A stretch of 64,000 nucleotides of DNA, from the NCBI GenBank assembly GCA_035263765.1, contig DATFQZ010000218.1:56-64055 (forward strand), given 5' to 3'. How positions within the stretch are numbered: the stretch's first letter is position 1; each line of letters begins with the position of its first letter. The notes under the pieces are model-generated. The model did no database searches, was not told the DNA's origin, and was given only the letters and a program-made list of their open reading frames with translations. A program made the translations under genes and the position numbers. Origin of the DNA: Candidatus Angelobacter sp. (lineage in GTDB: Bacteria > Acidobacteriota > Terriglobia > Terriglobales > Acidobacteriaceae). Of this stretch, positions 52,079 through 61,034 are shown in pieces.

Positions 52079-52256
52079 CGCTCGTTGTTAACGGCCAGGG
52101 CGGACCATGCTGTTAGCAGGTTCCGCCTTAGGACCCTCCGTCCGACTGCCCGGAATGGCCCAAAGAATCCAAAATTGGGTCTTTGATTTCCCGAGTCCAT
52201 GGTTTATTGTGGCAGGCTTAAATCCAGGCGAGGCGCCGGAGAAGGAACGGGCGGTT

Positions 52257-55200
52257 ATGAGATCTTCCTTTTGCGCATCTGTACTCCTCGTAGCGTTGTC
52301 TGTTGCCCTGCGCGCTGCTCCCCAGAGCGTTGTCCCATCTCAACCGTCACAGCCTCACGACGGCGCGTCTCAAGCGTTATCTCCATCGCTGACTGTGATT
52401 CCCGGCCCGCTGCGCTCTTTCCAGCGCATGGCGGGCATCAGCAGCAAAGCGTCGCCGGACGAGATCCTGTTTCTCCTGGCACACGAGATGACGGCCAGAG
52501 GTTATCAGGGCGCACGGCCCACCGAGTATCTGATTCAACTTCGCCTGTACGTACGTCAGGCCAGAGAGCTGGTGGCGTTTGCAGGGCCGGAATCCGTCAT
52601 TCACGTTTCCAGCTGCCAGGACGCTTTACCCCTGCTGTCGCTGCTCGGCTACGGGCTCCGCCAGCCCTGCGGGAAGGACACTGCGGTCGAGGTCAGCGAA
52701 TCCTCCAGGGCTTTCCTGACCATCAACTCCGGGTTTCCTCTGGCCGAACTGGAAGAAGCGTTGCGCGAAGGCAAGCCTTTCTCAATGCCTTATGCCTCAT
52801 CACGCGTGCCCGTGTTGTTTGCGCTGAACGACTGGGCCGAGTTTGGCGACAACACGAAAACCAAGGCCAAGCAGCCCGATCTTATTGACATTCTTCTGAA
52901 CAGCAAATCAGTGGCCCGTCTTTACTCCGCGCTGGGCTCCATGGACAGCGAGACCGGGATTGCGATTCGCAAGTCCATCGGATTGCCGAAGTTGGTCCGC
53001 TACGCCAATGTACTCGACTTTTACGGCAACCATCTCTGCATCCGCTCCGGCAAGGTGGCTGTGCCTGGAGGCCCGTCCGCAGAAGCCGGTTGGGCAGAGC
53101 TGGTGGGTGCCTCTCCTGACTCCCCAGGTGAATTTGTCAACCGGTTGATGACCCAGGATGGCGGCTGGATGGCGGCATATTTTGACGCTTTGGCCCACAC
53201 CGGCCCAGAACAACAAGCCTACCTTACTGAGTCGCCCCGTTTGCGGCGCGACTACTTGGCGCTACGCAGCCACGAAGTGTCTCCAGGGGCGGCGCGCGGC
53301 ATCCTGCGGTCAGGCGCGGGGTTCTGGTTGCTTGCCACCCGGTTGCCCTTGGAATCCGGTCATCTCTTCGTTCCCGGTGACCTGCAAGTTTGGAAAAACG
53401 CTTTTGAGCACAACCACTTTTCTAAACGGGAGCGGGAATGGGCCAAGCGCGCTGCCAGCTGGAACGATCCGCAACAGCTGCTGGAGGGGCTGTTCGCCTT
53501 ATCGCGCGAGAGTCGAAAGGACGGGCCCCTGGAAGCGTACCTGATGGTAAGCGAAGTTGAGCGCAGGCGGCCGCCGCAACAACGCTTGAGTCCCGAGGTC
53601 GCCGGCCTGCTGGCGGAACGTTTTCCGCGCTTCGGTGACCAGTACATTGTGTTTTCCGAGTTTCCCGGTTTGAACGACCAATCCATCACCGCGTTTTTGA
53701 AGGCCGCGGATGAGCTCGATAATATTTCTGCCGCGACTGTGCGCGCGAACGCCATCGGCATTTTTCAGTCGGTTCTTGGCTTGTGGCAAATCCTGGCCCG
53801 GCAGGGCCAGATTTCGAGCACCGATCTGAATGACTCTTGGCAGCGCGCGATCACCCCGTTCGCCGGCGTGCAATCGCCGGTGCAGCTTTTTGACGCCGGC
53901 CACGCCTCGCTGCAAGCCGTGATGTCTGCGTCCGCAGGCCGCGCTGACCTTACCCAGGATGAACTCATCAGCTTGCTCGCCGGCCCCAACCTGGTCACTC
54001 CCGCAGCGCAAGAGACTAAGCACGAATTGGCGAAGAAGATGAGTTCGGTCATGGATGCGCAGCGCCTGGTCTCGCTCGACACTCTGTTCACCCTGGGAGC
54101 CGGGTTGGAGCAGATGGGCGAGGGCAAAGCAACCTCAGAGAACCTGTTGCCCCTGGCCACGCAGCTTCGCGAATTCGAGCTGCCGCGTCCGATCTTCAAC
54201 CGCAACTTGGAGGACATCCAGGCCGGGCGCGAGAAATCCGATGTCCGTCACACCACTCTGCAAACCCGGACTGACATGCAGAAGATCATCAAGTCGGGAA
54301 CTTCTAAGGAACGCGCCGAAGCCCGGGGACGTCTTGCGCCGTTTCTCCGCGACACGCTGGTGGGCCTGAATTACACCTACTACGATCCTCCGGGAGCGCA
54401 GATGCTGTCGAACGACGCGGTCTTTGTTCGTTCCCATGACTACACGGAAAAATCCGACATTCCCTGGGAGCAGCCCTGGAGCACGTCACGGCGAGTCACC
54501 GTGATCGGAGCCAACAGCGGCGGACATTTGGCCGGATCGCTGGCCGGACTTCCCTACGCGCTCGCGGAGCTCGAGCAGAATTTTATTGTTCCAGAAAATG
54601 TCCAGTCCCTCATTTGGGAAGACTTTGTGCCTACGTTGCTGACCAGCGCAGTCGTGCCGCGCTTCTGGGGCGTCACGCAGAATGAGCTTCACGCCGCTGC
54701 TCTCTATCAGCGTGCGGGAGAAGAACTGGTAACGGCCGCTGGCGGAGACGAACAACTACGCGGTAGGGTCCTGGAGATTCTTTCCGATCGCATGCTGCCG
54801 CAGCGCACAGCTGAGGTTGAGGCAGCACTTCGCGAGGGCCGCGCGGAGACTCTGATTCCGCTGTTGTTGCCGGGAGAAACCGCCTATCTCTCGGCCGAGT
54901 TCCGTCGCAAGTATCCTGACCAAATCCCTCTCCAAGGCCCCGCCGGGAAAGAGCTTGACACTCTTGTGCGCAGCAATCCCGCCGAGACCGGATGGGAAAG
55001 GATTACTGCGGACTTCGGCGTGCCTCATCCCGTGCTGGCACACACATATGCGCGTGAATTCCTCAGCATCAAACCGCTTCCCATGTTCATGGGATATTCC
55101 AGCCGCTTGATGGCCGAGTGCTGGGATTCAAACAATCTCTACTGGGCGCGACTGGCCGATGAGCAAGGCTATCCCCCTGTGACGCTGAACCGGCTGGCGC

Positions 55201-55352
55201 CGGAGCTGACGCACCGCATGGTAGAGCGGCTGTTCGCGACCAATCTGGAAGATTGGAAGGCCATCCCCCGCGCCATGCGCGAGACGGGCGACGAATTTCG
55301 TCAAGGCAAGCTGGTCCCGCTGCCCAAAGGCGGGACCGCCTCCTTGCAGTGA
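52257..55352 (+). CDS. large secreted alpha-helical protein of unknown function (about 1031 aa)
   Basis: Start at ATG 52257 (MRSSFCASVLLVALSVALRAAPQ, signal peptide). Long uninterrupted ORF with balanced composition. I recognise no catalytic motif or family. Confidence 0.7.
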   Translation: MRSSFCASVLLVALSVALRAAPQSVVPSQPSQPHDGASQALSPSLTVIPGPLRSFQRMAGISSKASPDEILFLLAHEMTARGYQGARPTEYLIQLRLYVRQARELVAFAGPESVIHVSSCQDALPLLSLLGYGLRQPCGKDTAVEVSESSRAFLTINSGFPLAELEEALREGKPFSMPYASSRVPVLFALNDWAEFGDNTKTKAKQPDLIDILLNSKSVARLYSALGSMDSETGIAIRKSIGLPKLVRYANVLDFYGNHLCIRSGKVAVPGGPSAEAGWAELVGASPDSPGEFVNRLMTQDGGWMAAYFDALAHTGPEQQAYLTESPRLRRDYLALRSHEVSPGAARGILRSGAGFWLLATRLPLESGHLFVPGDLQVWKNAFEHNHFSKREREWAKRAASWNDPQQLLEGLFALSRESRKDGPLEAYLMVSEVERRRPPQQRLSPEVAGLLAERFPRFGDQYIVFSEFPGLNDQSITAFLKAADELDNISAATVRANAIGIFQSVLGLWQILARQGQISSTDLNDSWQRAITPFAGVQSPVQLFDAGHASLQAVMSASAGRADLTQDELISLLAGPNLVTPAAQETKHELAKKMSSVMDAQRLVSLDTLFTLGAGLEQMGEGKATSENLLPLATQLREFELPRPIFNRNLEDIQAGREKSDVRHTTLQTRTDMQKIIKSGTSKERAEARGRLAPFLRDTLVGLNYTYYDPPGAQMLSNDAVFVRSHDYTEKSDIPWEQPWSTSRRVTVIGANSGGHLAGSLAGLPYALAELEQNFIVPENVQSLIWEDFVPTLLTSAVVPRFWGVTQNELHAAALYQRAGEELVTAAGGDEQLRGRVLEILSDRMLPQRTAEVEAALREGRAETLIPLLLPGETAYLSAEFRRKYPDQIPLQGPAGKELDTLVRSNPAETGWERITADFGVPHPVLAHTYAREFLSIKPLPMFMGYSSRLMAECWDSNNLYWARLADEQGYPPVTLNRLAPELTHRMVERLFATNLEDWKAIPRAMRETGDEFRQGKLVPLPKGGTASLQ

Positions 55353-55358
55353 CCGGGG

Positions 55359-55443
55359 CCCCCGGCGAGCGCCGGTTTTGCGCTGGCTGGGATGGAATGA
55401 CCGTTGCCCCCAGCGAGCGCCGGTTTTGCGTTGGCTGGGATGG
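55359..55443. repeat. two 37-bp direct repeats with a 48-bp period (CCCCCGGCGAGCGCCGGTTTTGCGCTGGCTGGGATGG)
   Basis: Copy 1 at 55359-55395 and copy 2 at 55407-55443 differ at 2 positions. Each contains a short GC hairpin followed by TTTT. They lie immediately after the stop of 52257..55352. Confidence 0.8.
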
Positions 55444-55507
55444 TGAGTGATCCGGGTGGTTAACCGTAAGAGAACTTGGGCCACATAGAAAAACAACGAG
55501 AGGAACC

Positions 55508-56530
55508 ATGGCAACGCGACTGAGGAAATCCATCCTAGTGCTCTGGTTGTTGCTCTTTTCCTTGCCCGCACTTCCGCCCGCAGTGGACGGACGCGTGGAG
55601 GCACAGCAACAGCCGCAAAAACCCATGTTGCGGGTGGAAGTCAACCTGGTACAGCTCAACGCGGCCGTTACCGACAGCAAGGGGCATTACGTAACGGGCC
55701 TTCGTCCCAGTGACTTTGCCGTCGCCGAGGACAACATTCCCCAAAAGATTGCGTCTTTCGGCGAGGGCAACGAGCCGCAAAGAACAGTCGACGCTGTGAC
55801 CGGCGAGGCCCGGCCGGAACCGAACCAGTCCGTACTCGCCGGCGCGAACGTGTTCGTGCTCTTTGATACCAGTAACTACATGTACCACAGCTTTGCGCTG
55901 GCTCAAGACGCCATCGCTGACTTCGTGAAGTCTCTCGACAGCCCGGAACGTGTCGCCTTCTATTCGTACAGCCGGAATCTCTACCGGGCAGCGGGGCTCA
56001 CCGCCGACCGCGAGCAGGTTCTGCGGGGGGTGCGTTCGACGGTCGCCGGAGATCAACCGGCTCTGTATAACGCGCTGCTTTTGACATTGCGTGACGCCAG
56101 CCAGTTCCCCGGCAGGAAGGTCCTCGTGATCTTCTCCAACGGCCCTGATGAGTCCAGCATGGTGACTCCGGAAGACATTGGCGAGCTGGCCCAGTCAGAG
56201 GGCGTGCCGATCTACGTGGTCAGCACCCGCCATGCCGCAGTGGATCCGGTCTCCGCCGCCATCTTCCGGCAAATGAGCGCAGCCACGGGCGGCCGGGCGT
56301 ATTTCACCAGAAGCTGGCACGATCAACGAGTCGCTTTTGATTCCATTCGTGACGACGTCGCCCATCTCTACACTCTCAGTTATTATCCTCAGCCCAATCC
56401 CAACCGGGGATGGCGCACGATCAAGGTGGCGCTGACGGGTGAAGCCGCAAAAAAATATCGTATTCGCACGCGAAGCGGCTATCGTCCTCAGCCTTTCCAC
56501 TTCTCCAAGGAGACAGCGGGGAATCCGTAA
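55508..56530 (+). CDS. VWA domain protein (VWFA-related acidobacterial-type, TIGR03436-like)
   Basis: Signal peptide. 'LRVEVNLVQLNAAVTDSKGHYVTGLRPSDFAVAEDNIPQKI', then the VWA MIDAS-like 'VFVLFDTSNYM'. C-terminal 'YYPQPNPNRGWRTIKV'. Confidence 0.8.
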   Translation: MATRLRKSILVLWLLLFSLPALPPAVDGRVEAQQQPQKPMLRVEVNLVQLNAAVTDSKGHYVTGLRPSDFAVAEDNIPQKIASFGEGNEPQRTVDAVTGEARPEPNQSVLAGANVFVLFDTSNYMYHSFALAQDAIADFVKSLDSPERVAFYSYSRNLYRAAGLTADREQVLRGVRSTVAGDQPALYNALLLTLRDASQFPGRKVLVIFSNGPDESSMVTPEDIGELAQSEGVPIYVVSTRHAAVDPVSAAIFRQMSAATGGRAYFTRSWHDQRVAFDSIRDDVAHLYTLSYYPQPNPNRGWRTIKVALTGEAAKKYRIRTRSGYRPQPFHFSKETAGNP

Positions 56531-56636
56531 GACGTTCGGCGTGGGTGGAAACAGCGGCCCATTTTCGGAAGAACACTCGGGCTCATGTTCGTGCGAAGCC
56601 GACGAAAATCTGTCATCCCGAGCGGAGCGCCGCTAT

Positions 56637-56670
56637 CAAGAGGCGGGACATTTCCATGTCCCGCCTCTTG
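56637..56670. terminator. perfect 15-bp hairpin between convergent genes (bidirectional terminator candidate)
   Basis: 'caagaggcgggacat ttcc atgtcccgcctcttg'. It is adjacent to a partial REP core 'cccgagcggagcg' (56617-56629). Confidence 0.6.
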
Positions 56671-56700
56671 TCTCAGGAACCCAACTTCGATGCGGCGAAG

Positions 56701-57057
56701 TTAGAACCTGAAGTAAACGACGAACCGGCCATCACGACGGCACCACTGGTTGCCGTCCCAGGTCCAGTAATAACCGTTGAAGAATCTGCGCTCGCCTACG
56801 ATAACCACCCTGTGGTCGTCGCGGTCAAAGAAACGCCGGTCGTCACGATCACGGACAAATCTCCGGTCATCGCGGTCGCGGTAGAAACGCCGATCATCGC
56901 GGTCGCCGTAGGAGCGACGGTCATGGTCACGATCATGGTCGTAATACTTGCCGCCGTCACGGTCCCCGCGTTCGTTGTGGTCATAGGGTTGGGCCGTGGC
57001 TAACGCGGACCCAGCCGTCATCAAAGCGCCGATGAACAACATTTTGAAACGATTCAT
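56701..57057 (-). CDS. small secreted Asp/Arg-repeat protein (hypothetical)
   Basis: Strong SD AAGGAGG 5 nt upstream of ATG 57057. Signal peptide 'MNRFKMLFIGALMTAGSALATA'. Repeats 'GDRDDRRFYRDRDDRRFVRDRDDRRFFDRDDHR'. Aromatic C-terminus 'NGYYWTWDGNQWCRRDGRFVVYFRF'. Confidence 0.65.
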   Translation of the reverse strand: MNRFKMLFIGALMTAGSALATAQPYDHNERGDRDGGKYYDHDRDHDRRSYGDRDDRRFYRDRDDRRFVRDRDDRRFFDRDDHRVVIVGERRFFNGYYWTWDGNQWCRRDGRFVVYFRF

Positions 57058-57214
57058 AAGTCCTCCTTTATCCAGCCCAGCCCCGATCACCATTTGGTTG
57101 GCCTCAGGTCTGGTGCTTTTTCTGTCTACCGGTGCAAACCCCCAGCCAGGAACTTAGTCGGTTTAGTTTTGCAAAGTTGGGTTTGGGAAAAGCCTTTTAG
57201 TTGCAAAAAGATAC

Positions 57215-57237
57215 GGGGTGGCAAAAATTGCCACCCC
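57215..57237 (-). terminator. rho-independent terminator after the tricorn protease gene
   Basis: 'ggggtggcaa aaa ttgccacccc', a 10-bp stem with T-tracts on both strands (minus strand: GTATCTTTTT). It lies 22 bp past the stop at 57259. Confidence 0.75.
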
Positions 57238-57258
57238 GCTTTTGTGCAAACCACAGGC

Positions 57259-60200
57259 CTATTCTTCGCCGGAAGCGCGTTTCACTTCGGCGGGCTTACG
57301 GTTCTTGAGCTCGTCGCGCAGCACCTCAATGGCTTTTTCAATCTGCGCGTCGCGGTGTGCGAGGAAATCCTCCGGGGTGTTATCTACGTCAACATCCGGC
57401 GGCACGCCATAGTTCTCAAGGTTGTAGCCCTTCACGTTCCACAAGCCGGTTCCGGGCGTGCGAATCGACGATCCATCCAGCAACCGGTATGCACCTGTTC
57501 CGATCACAGCACCATAGGTCGTCTTGCCTACAACTTTTCCCAAGCCAAGCGTGCGGAAACCGTCAGGAAAGACTTCCGCGTCGCTGGTGGAGCGTTCGTT
57601 TTCCATGACCACCATCGGTCCGAAGAAAGCCTGCTGCGGCCGCGTGACCTGCAACGAGTCGCGTTGCTTGGTGTATTGGTACTGGCGCTGGCTCAGGATT
57701 TCCAAAAGTTCCTGGTCAATGCCGCCGCCGGGATTAAAGCGCTGATCGATGATGAGCGCTTTCTTGTCGTGGTTTTCCACCAGGTCGCGCTCAAAGCGCT
57801 GGAGTGATGGGGCATTCATGGACCGGATATGCACATATCCAATCTCGCCGTTACTCATCTTGGCGACGATGGCTTTGCGGTCCGCGACCCAGCGCTCGTA
57901 TTGCAGCGTGGCATACGCAACAGCATTGACCGGCCGCACTTTGGCGAGCCGTGCGCCCGCTAAGTCCGGCTTGGCGTTGACAGTGAAGTCGAGCTTTTCT
58001 CCGCGGACCGCGGTGAAGTATTTCCAGTAATTGTCTCCCGCCTTCAACTCGTGACCATCCACGGCAAGCACGTAGTCGCCTACGTTAATGTCCACGTAGT
58101 CCTTGTCGGCCGGGCCATCCTTATAGATGTAGGAGACTCTGTAGTACCCGGAGGCATCGGGTTCAAGTTCGAACCCCGGAAAACGCGTCTGCGCCATGTG
58201 GTCGCGTTCTTCAGCAGTGGGTGTGGCGCTGATGCCAGTATGCGACGCGTTGAGTTCACCAATCATCTGGCTGACCACGTTGTGCATCTCTTCCTGGTCC
58301 GCCACGTTTTCCATCAGCGGCTCATAGACTTCTTTGACTTTGGCCCAATCCACGCCATGCATGTCGGCGTCATAGAAGCGATGCTTCATTACGCGCCAGC
58401 TTTCGTTGAACACTTCCTTCCACTCTTCGTGGTGGTCTACTTCGACGCGCGCCGTGAAGTTGACCCGGCGGCGTTCGAAGTTGCGTGCTCCTCCTGCAGC
58501 AGCACCGCCGCCGGCACCGCGGCCTCCGCCAGCCGGACCTGCTGCCGGACCCAGCTCAACGAAATACAGCCCTTCGCCTTCCATGAAGAAAATCGAGCGG
58601 CCGTCTTTGGAGAACTTCAAGGAGCCGATCTGCCGCCCGCCAAAGCCTCCTCCCTCACCTTCTTCACCTTCGCCGCGCGATGACGTAGCGATCGTGGTGG
58701 TCTGGATGCCGTCTTCCGGGATGGTGTACAGCGTGGAAACTGCGCGGCCGTCTTCGTCGGCCACGGCAACAAAGGCATAGGTACGGCTGTCGGGTGAAAC
58801 CGCGGCAGTGGTGATGTTGTCGCTCAGGTGGGACACCTGGCGCGAACGTCGAGTGATTCCGTCAAAGTCAATTTTGACGTCGGGCTTGGCGGCCTCGCCG
58901 CGTGCTTGCGCCGTGCGCTGGCGGTCGAGTTTCTCCGCGGCCTGGGCTTGCTCTTCATCATCTACGCCACGGTCGGTGGGGTTCTTTTCTTCTTTGGTTA
59001 GAGAAACGCTGTAGAGCTGCACAAACGAACGGCGCAGTGTAGCACTGCCAGCCTGCGCCAGACCGGCCAGGAAAACCAGACGTTTGCCATCCGGAGTCCA
59101 TACTGGCGAAGTCTCGCTGAACAGCAGGTCAGGATTGCCGACACGTTTTTCGCTGCCGCCAGTAGACGGAATGATGTAAACGTGGGGACGCATGTCAGCG
59201 TCCAGCCGCGAGTAAGCAATCCATTTGCCGTCAGGAGAAAATCTTGCGCCTTGGATGTTGCCGGCTTCGCCGCTGGCGATTACCGTGGCTTTGCTGGCGT
59301 CCAGGTCGAAGCGGTACAGCTTGTGGTCAGAACCGGAATAGATCAGTGCTTTGGAATCAGGCGCCCACTGAATGTTGGACTTTTCGCCGTCGCCTTCGGA
59401 AAGTTTCTTCAGGCCAGTGCCGTCTTCATGAGCCATCCAAACTTCCTCGCGGCCCGACTTGTCGGATATAAAGGCGATCCACTTGCCGTCCGCCGACCAG
59501 GCCGGTCCGCCTTCGCGGGAGAACGACTGGGTCACGCGCTGGATGTCGCCTCGGTCGGCAGCCACGGTGAAGATCTCGCCGTGCACCGAGACCGCCGCGC
59601 GTTTGCTGCTGGGCGAAAGGTCGTAGCCTTCTGTCTCGTTACGGACGGTGATGGTTTCGACCGCGTTCTCCTTGTCGTCGGACAGAATATCGATCTTGAT
59701 CGGCGTGGACTTGCCGGTCTTGACGTCAAGTTTCCAGATGCCGAAGTCCTGTTCGTACACGATGGTCTTACCGTCGCTCGAGATGGCAGGGAAAAACAGA
59801 CGGCCGCTCCCGTGGTGCGTCACCTGCACTGCCTTGCCGCCGCCTTCAGGGATCTTCCAGATGTTGTTCGTGCTCTTCAGAACCTCCCGGCTCCCGGGCT
59901 TGATATGGCTCTCGTCGGGCAGGCGATCGGACACGAAATAGATGAAGCCGTCCGAGGCGTACATGGGCCAGAAGTAGTTGCCCTTGTAGTCGCCGTCAGC
60001 GAGATGAGTGAACTTCCTGGATTTCACATCCATCAGCCACAAGTCGGCGGCATAGCTGCCACGATAATGCTGGCGCCACCACACCATGGGATGGCGATTG
60101 AAAACCAGCTTGCTTCCGTCTTGGGAGTAACTACCCCAGTAACCCCAGTCCGTGGGGACCGCTTGCTCCAGCCCGCCGGCTAGTGGGACTTCATACAGAT

Positions 60201-60594
60201 TCGGGATTCCGGGATACATCAAGCCGCGTGAAGATTGAAACAGAATCTTCTTGCTGTCCGGAGTCCAGCCGACCACTATGTCCGCGGCTGAGTGGAAGGT
60301 CAGTTGCTTTGCTGGGCCGCCTGCGGAGGAAATCACAAATACGTCGTAATTGCCGTAGCGGTTTGACGAGAAAGCGATCCACTTACCGTCGGGCGAGAAA
60401 CGCGGATAGACGTCGCGCGCTTTGTGGACGGTCAGGCGCTGCGGATTGCTGCCGTCCTCGTTGGCCACCCAGATGTCGCCCAGATAGCTGAACGCCACTT
60501 TGCCGTTGTGATAGTCGGGATTCCGCAACAACTTGACTTCCGCTGCGGCCCACGTGGTGAAGAACAACAACATGGAGAGAACGTACTTCTTCAT
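57259..60594 (-). CDS. tricorn protease homolog (beta-propeller + PDZ + S41 peptidase)
   Basis: 'PDYHNGKVAFSYLGDIWVANEDGSNPQRLT', 'PRFSPDGKWIAFSSNRYGNYDVFV', repeated TolB-like 'SPDGK' blades, and S41 core 'LIIDQRFNPGGG'. About 1111 aa. Confidence 0.92.
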   Translation of the reverse strand: MKKYVLSMLLFFTTWAAAEVKLLRNPDYHNGKVAFSYLGDIWVANEDGSNPQRLTVHKARDVYPRFSPDGKWIAFSSNRYGNYDVFVISSAGGPAKQLTFHSAADIVVGWTPDSKKILFQSSRGLMYPGIPNLYEVPLAGGLEQAVPTDWGYWGSYSQDGSKLVFNRHPMVWWRQHYRGSYAADLWLMDVKSRKFTHLADGDYKGNYFWPMYASDGFIYFVSDRLPDESHIKPGSREVLKSTNNIWKIPEGGGKAVQVTHHGSGRLFFPAISSDGKTIVYEQDFGIWKLDVKTGKSTPIKIDILSDDKENAVETITVRNETEGYDLSPSSKRAAVSVHGEIFTVAADRGDIQRVTQSFSREGGPAWSADGKWIAFISDKSGREEVWMAHEDGTGLKKLSEGDGEKSNIQWAPDSKALIYSGSDHKLYRFDLDASKATVIASGEAGNIQGARFSPDGKWIAYSRLDADMRPHVYIIPSTGGSEKRVGNPDLLFSETSPVWTPDGKRLVFLAGLAQAGSATLRRSFVQLYSVSLTKEEKNPTDRGVDDEEQAQAAEKLDRQRTAQARGEAAKPDVKIDFDGITRRSRQVSHLSDNITTAAVSPDSRTYAFVAVADEDGRAVSTLYTIPEDGIQTTTIATSSRGEGEEGEGGGFGGRQIGSLKFSKDGRSIFFMEGEGLYFVELGPAAGPAGGGRGAGGGAAAGGARNFERRRVNFTARVEVDHHEEWKEVFNESWRVMKHRFYDADMHGVDWAKVKEVYEPLMENVADQEEMHNVVSQMIGELNASHTGISATPTAEERDHMAQTRFPGFELEPDASGYYRVSYIYKDGPADKDYVDINVGDYVLAVDGHELKAGDNYWKYFTAVRGEKLDFTVNAKPDLAGARLAKVRPVNAVAYATLQYERWVADRKAIVAKMSNGEIGYVHIRSMNAPSLQRFERDLVENHDKKALIIDQRFNPGGGIDQELLEILSQRQYQYTKQRDSLQVTRPQQAFFGPMVVMENERSTSDAEVFPDGFRTLGLGKVVGKTTYGAVIGTGAYRLLDGSSIRTPGTGLWNVKGYNLENYGVPPDVDVDNTPEDFLAHRDAQIEKAIEVLRDELKNRKPAEVKRASGEE

Positions 60595-60795
60595 GGCAGC
60601 CTCCTAATGCGGGAAGAATCTGAAAATGGCTCTGCGAAGAAAAGCACGAGTCTGCGCGAAGCGCGACGCCGATTTCTCAGGCGGACGGAAGTATAAGCAC
60701 TTGCCAGCCGTCCTGCCAGCGGTTTTACGATTCTTTACCGAAGCTGGAACGACCGCCTTCCGACACCCATGTGCGTGAAACCGGGGGAAAGAGGT

Positions 60796-60932
60796 CTCAA
60801 CCGCGAGGCGCGGAGGCGCGGAGACGCGGAGGAAAGTACGGTTGCGTATTGCAACGGACGATTTTGGGACACAATTGCCTGCGGCACCGATCTGTACCAC
60901 CTTCTCAGCGCCTCCGCGTTTACGCGGTTGAG
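60796..60932. mobile_element. MITE/REP-like element with about 26-bp imperfect terminal inverted repeats (CTCAACCGCG....GCGGAGGCGC)
   Basis: Left end 'ctcaaccgcgaggcgcggaggcgc' (60796-). Right end 'gcgcctccgcgtttacgcggttgag' (-60932). Internal small hairpin 'ggttgcgtattgcaac'. There is no coding capacity. The artefactual ORFs through it read 'LNREARRRGDAEE' / 'SAPPRLAVE'. Confidence 0.55.
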
Positions 60933-61034
60933 CCGTTGGCGGTGGATCTTCGGCTGTGCGTCGGCCTGCCTCGGGGAATCTACCTATAACTTGACCCGGC
61001 GCCGCCACACGGACGACACTGTCTTGGGAAATCT

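Noticed and set aside
56545-57003. 152-codon plus-strand ORF ('...PVVVAVKETPVVTITDKSPVIAVAVETPIIAVAV...')
   Set aside because: It is the mirror frame of the Asp/Arg-repeat gene. The minus-strand ORF has a strong SD and a signal peptide, while the plus-strand ORF has neither and starts inside a REP/hairpin region.
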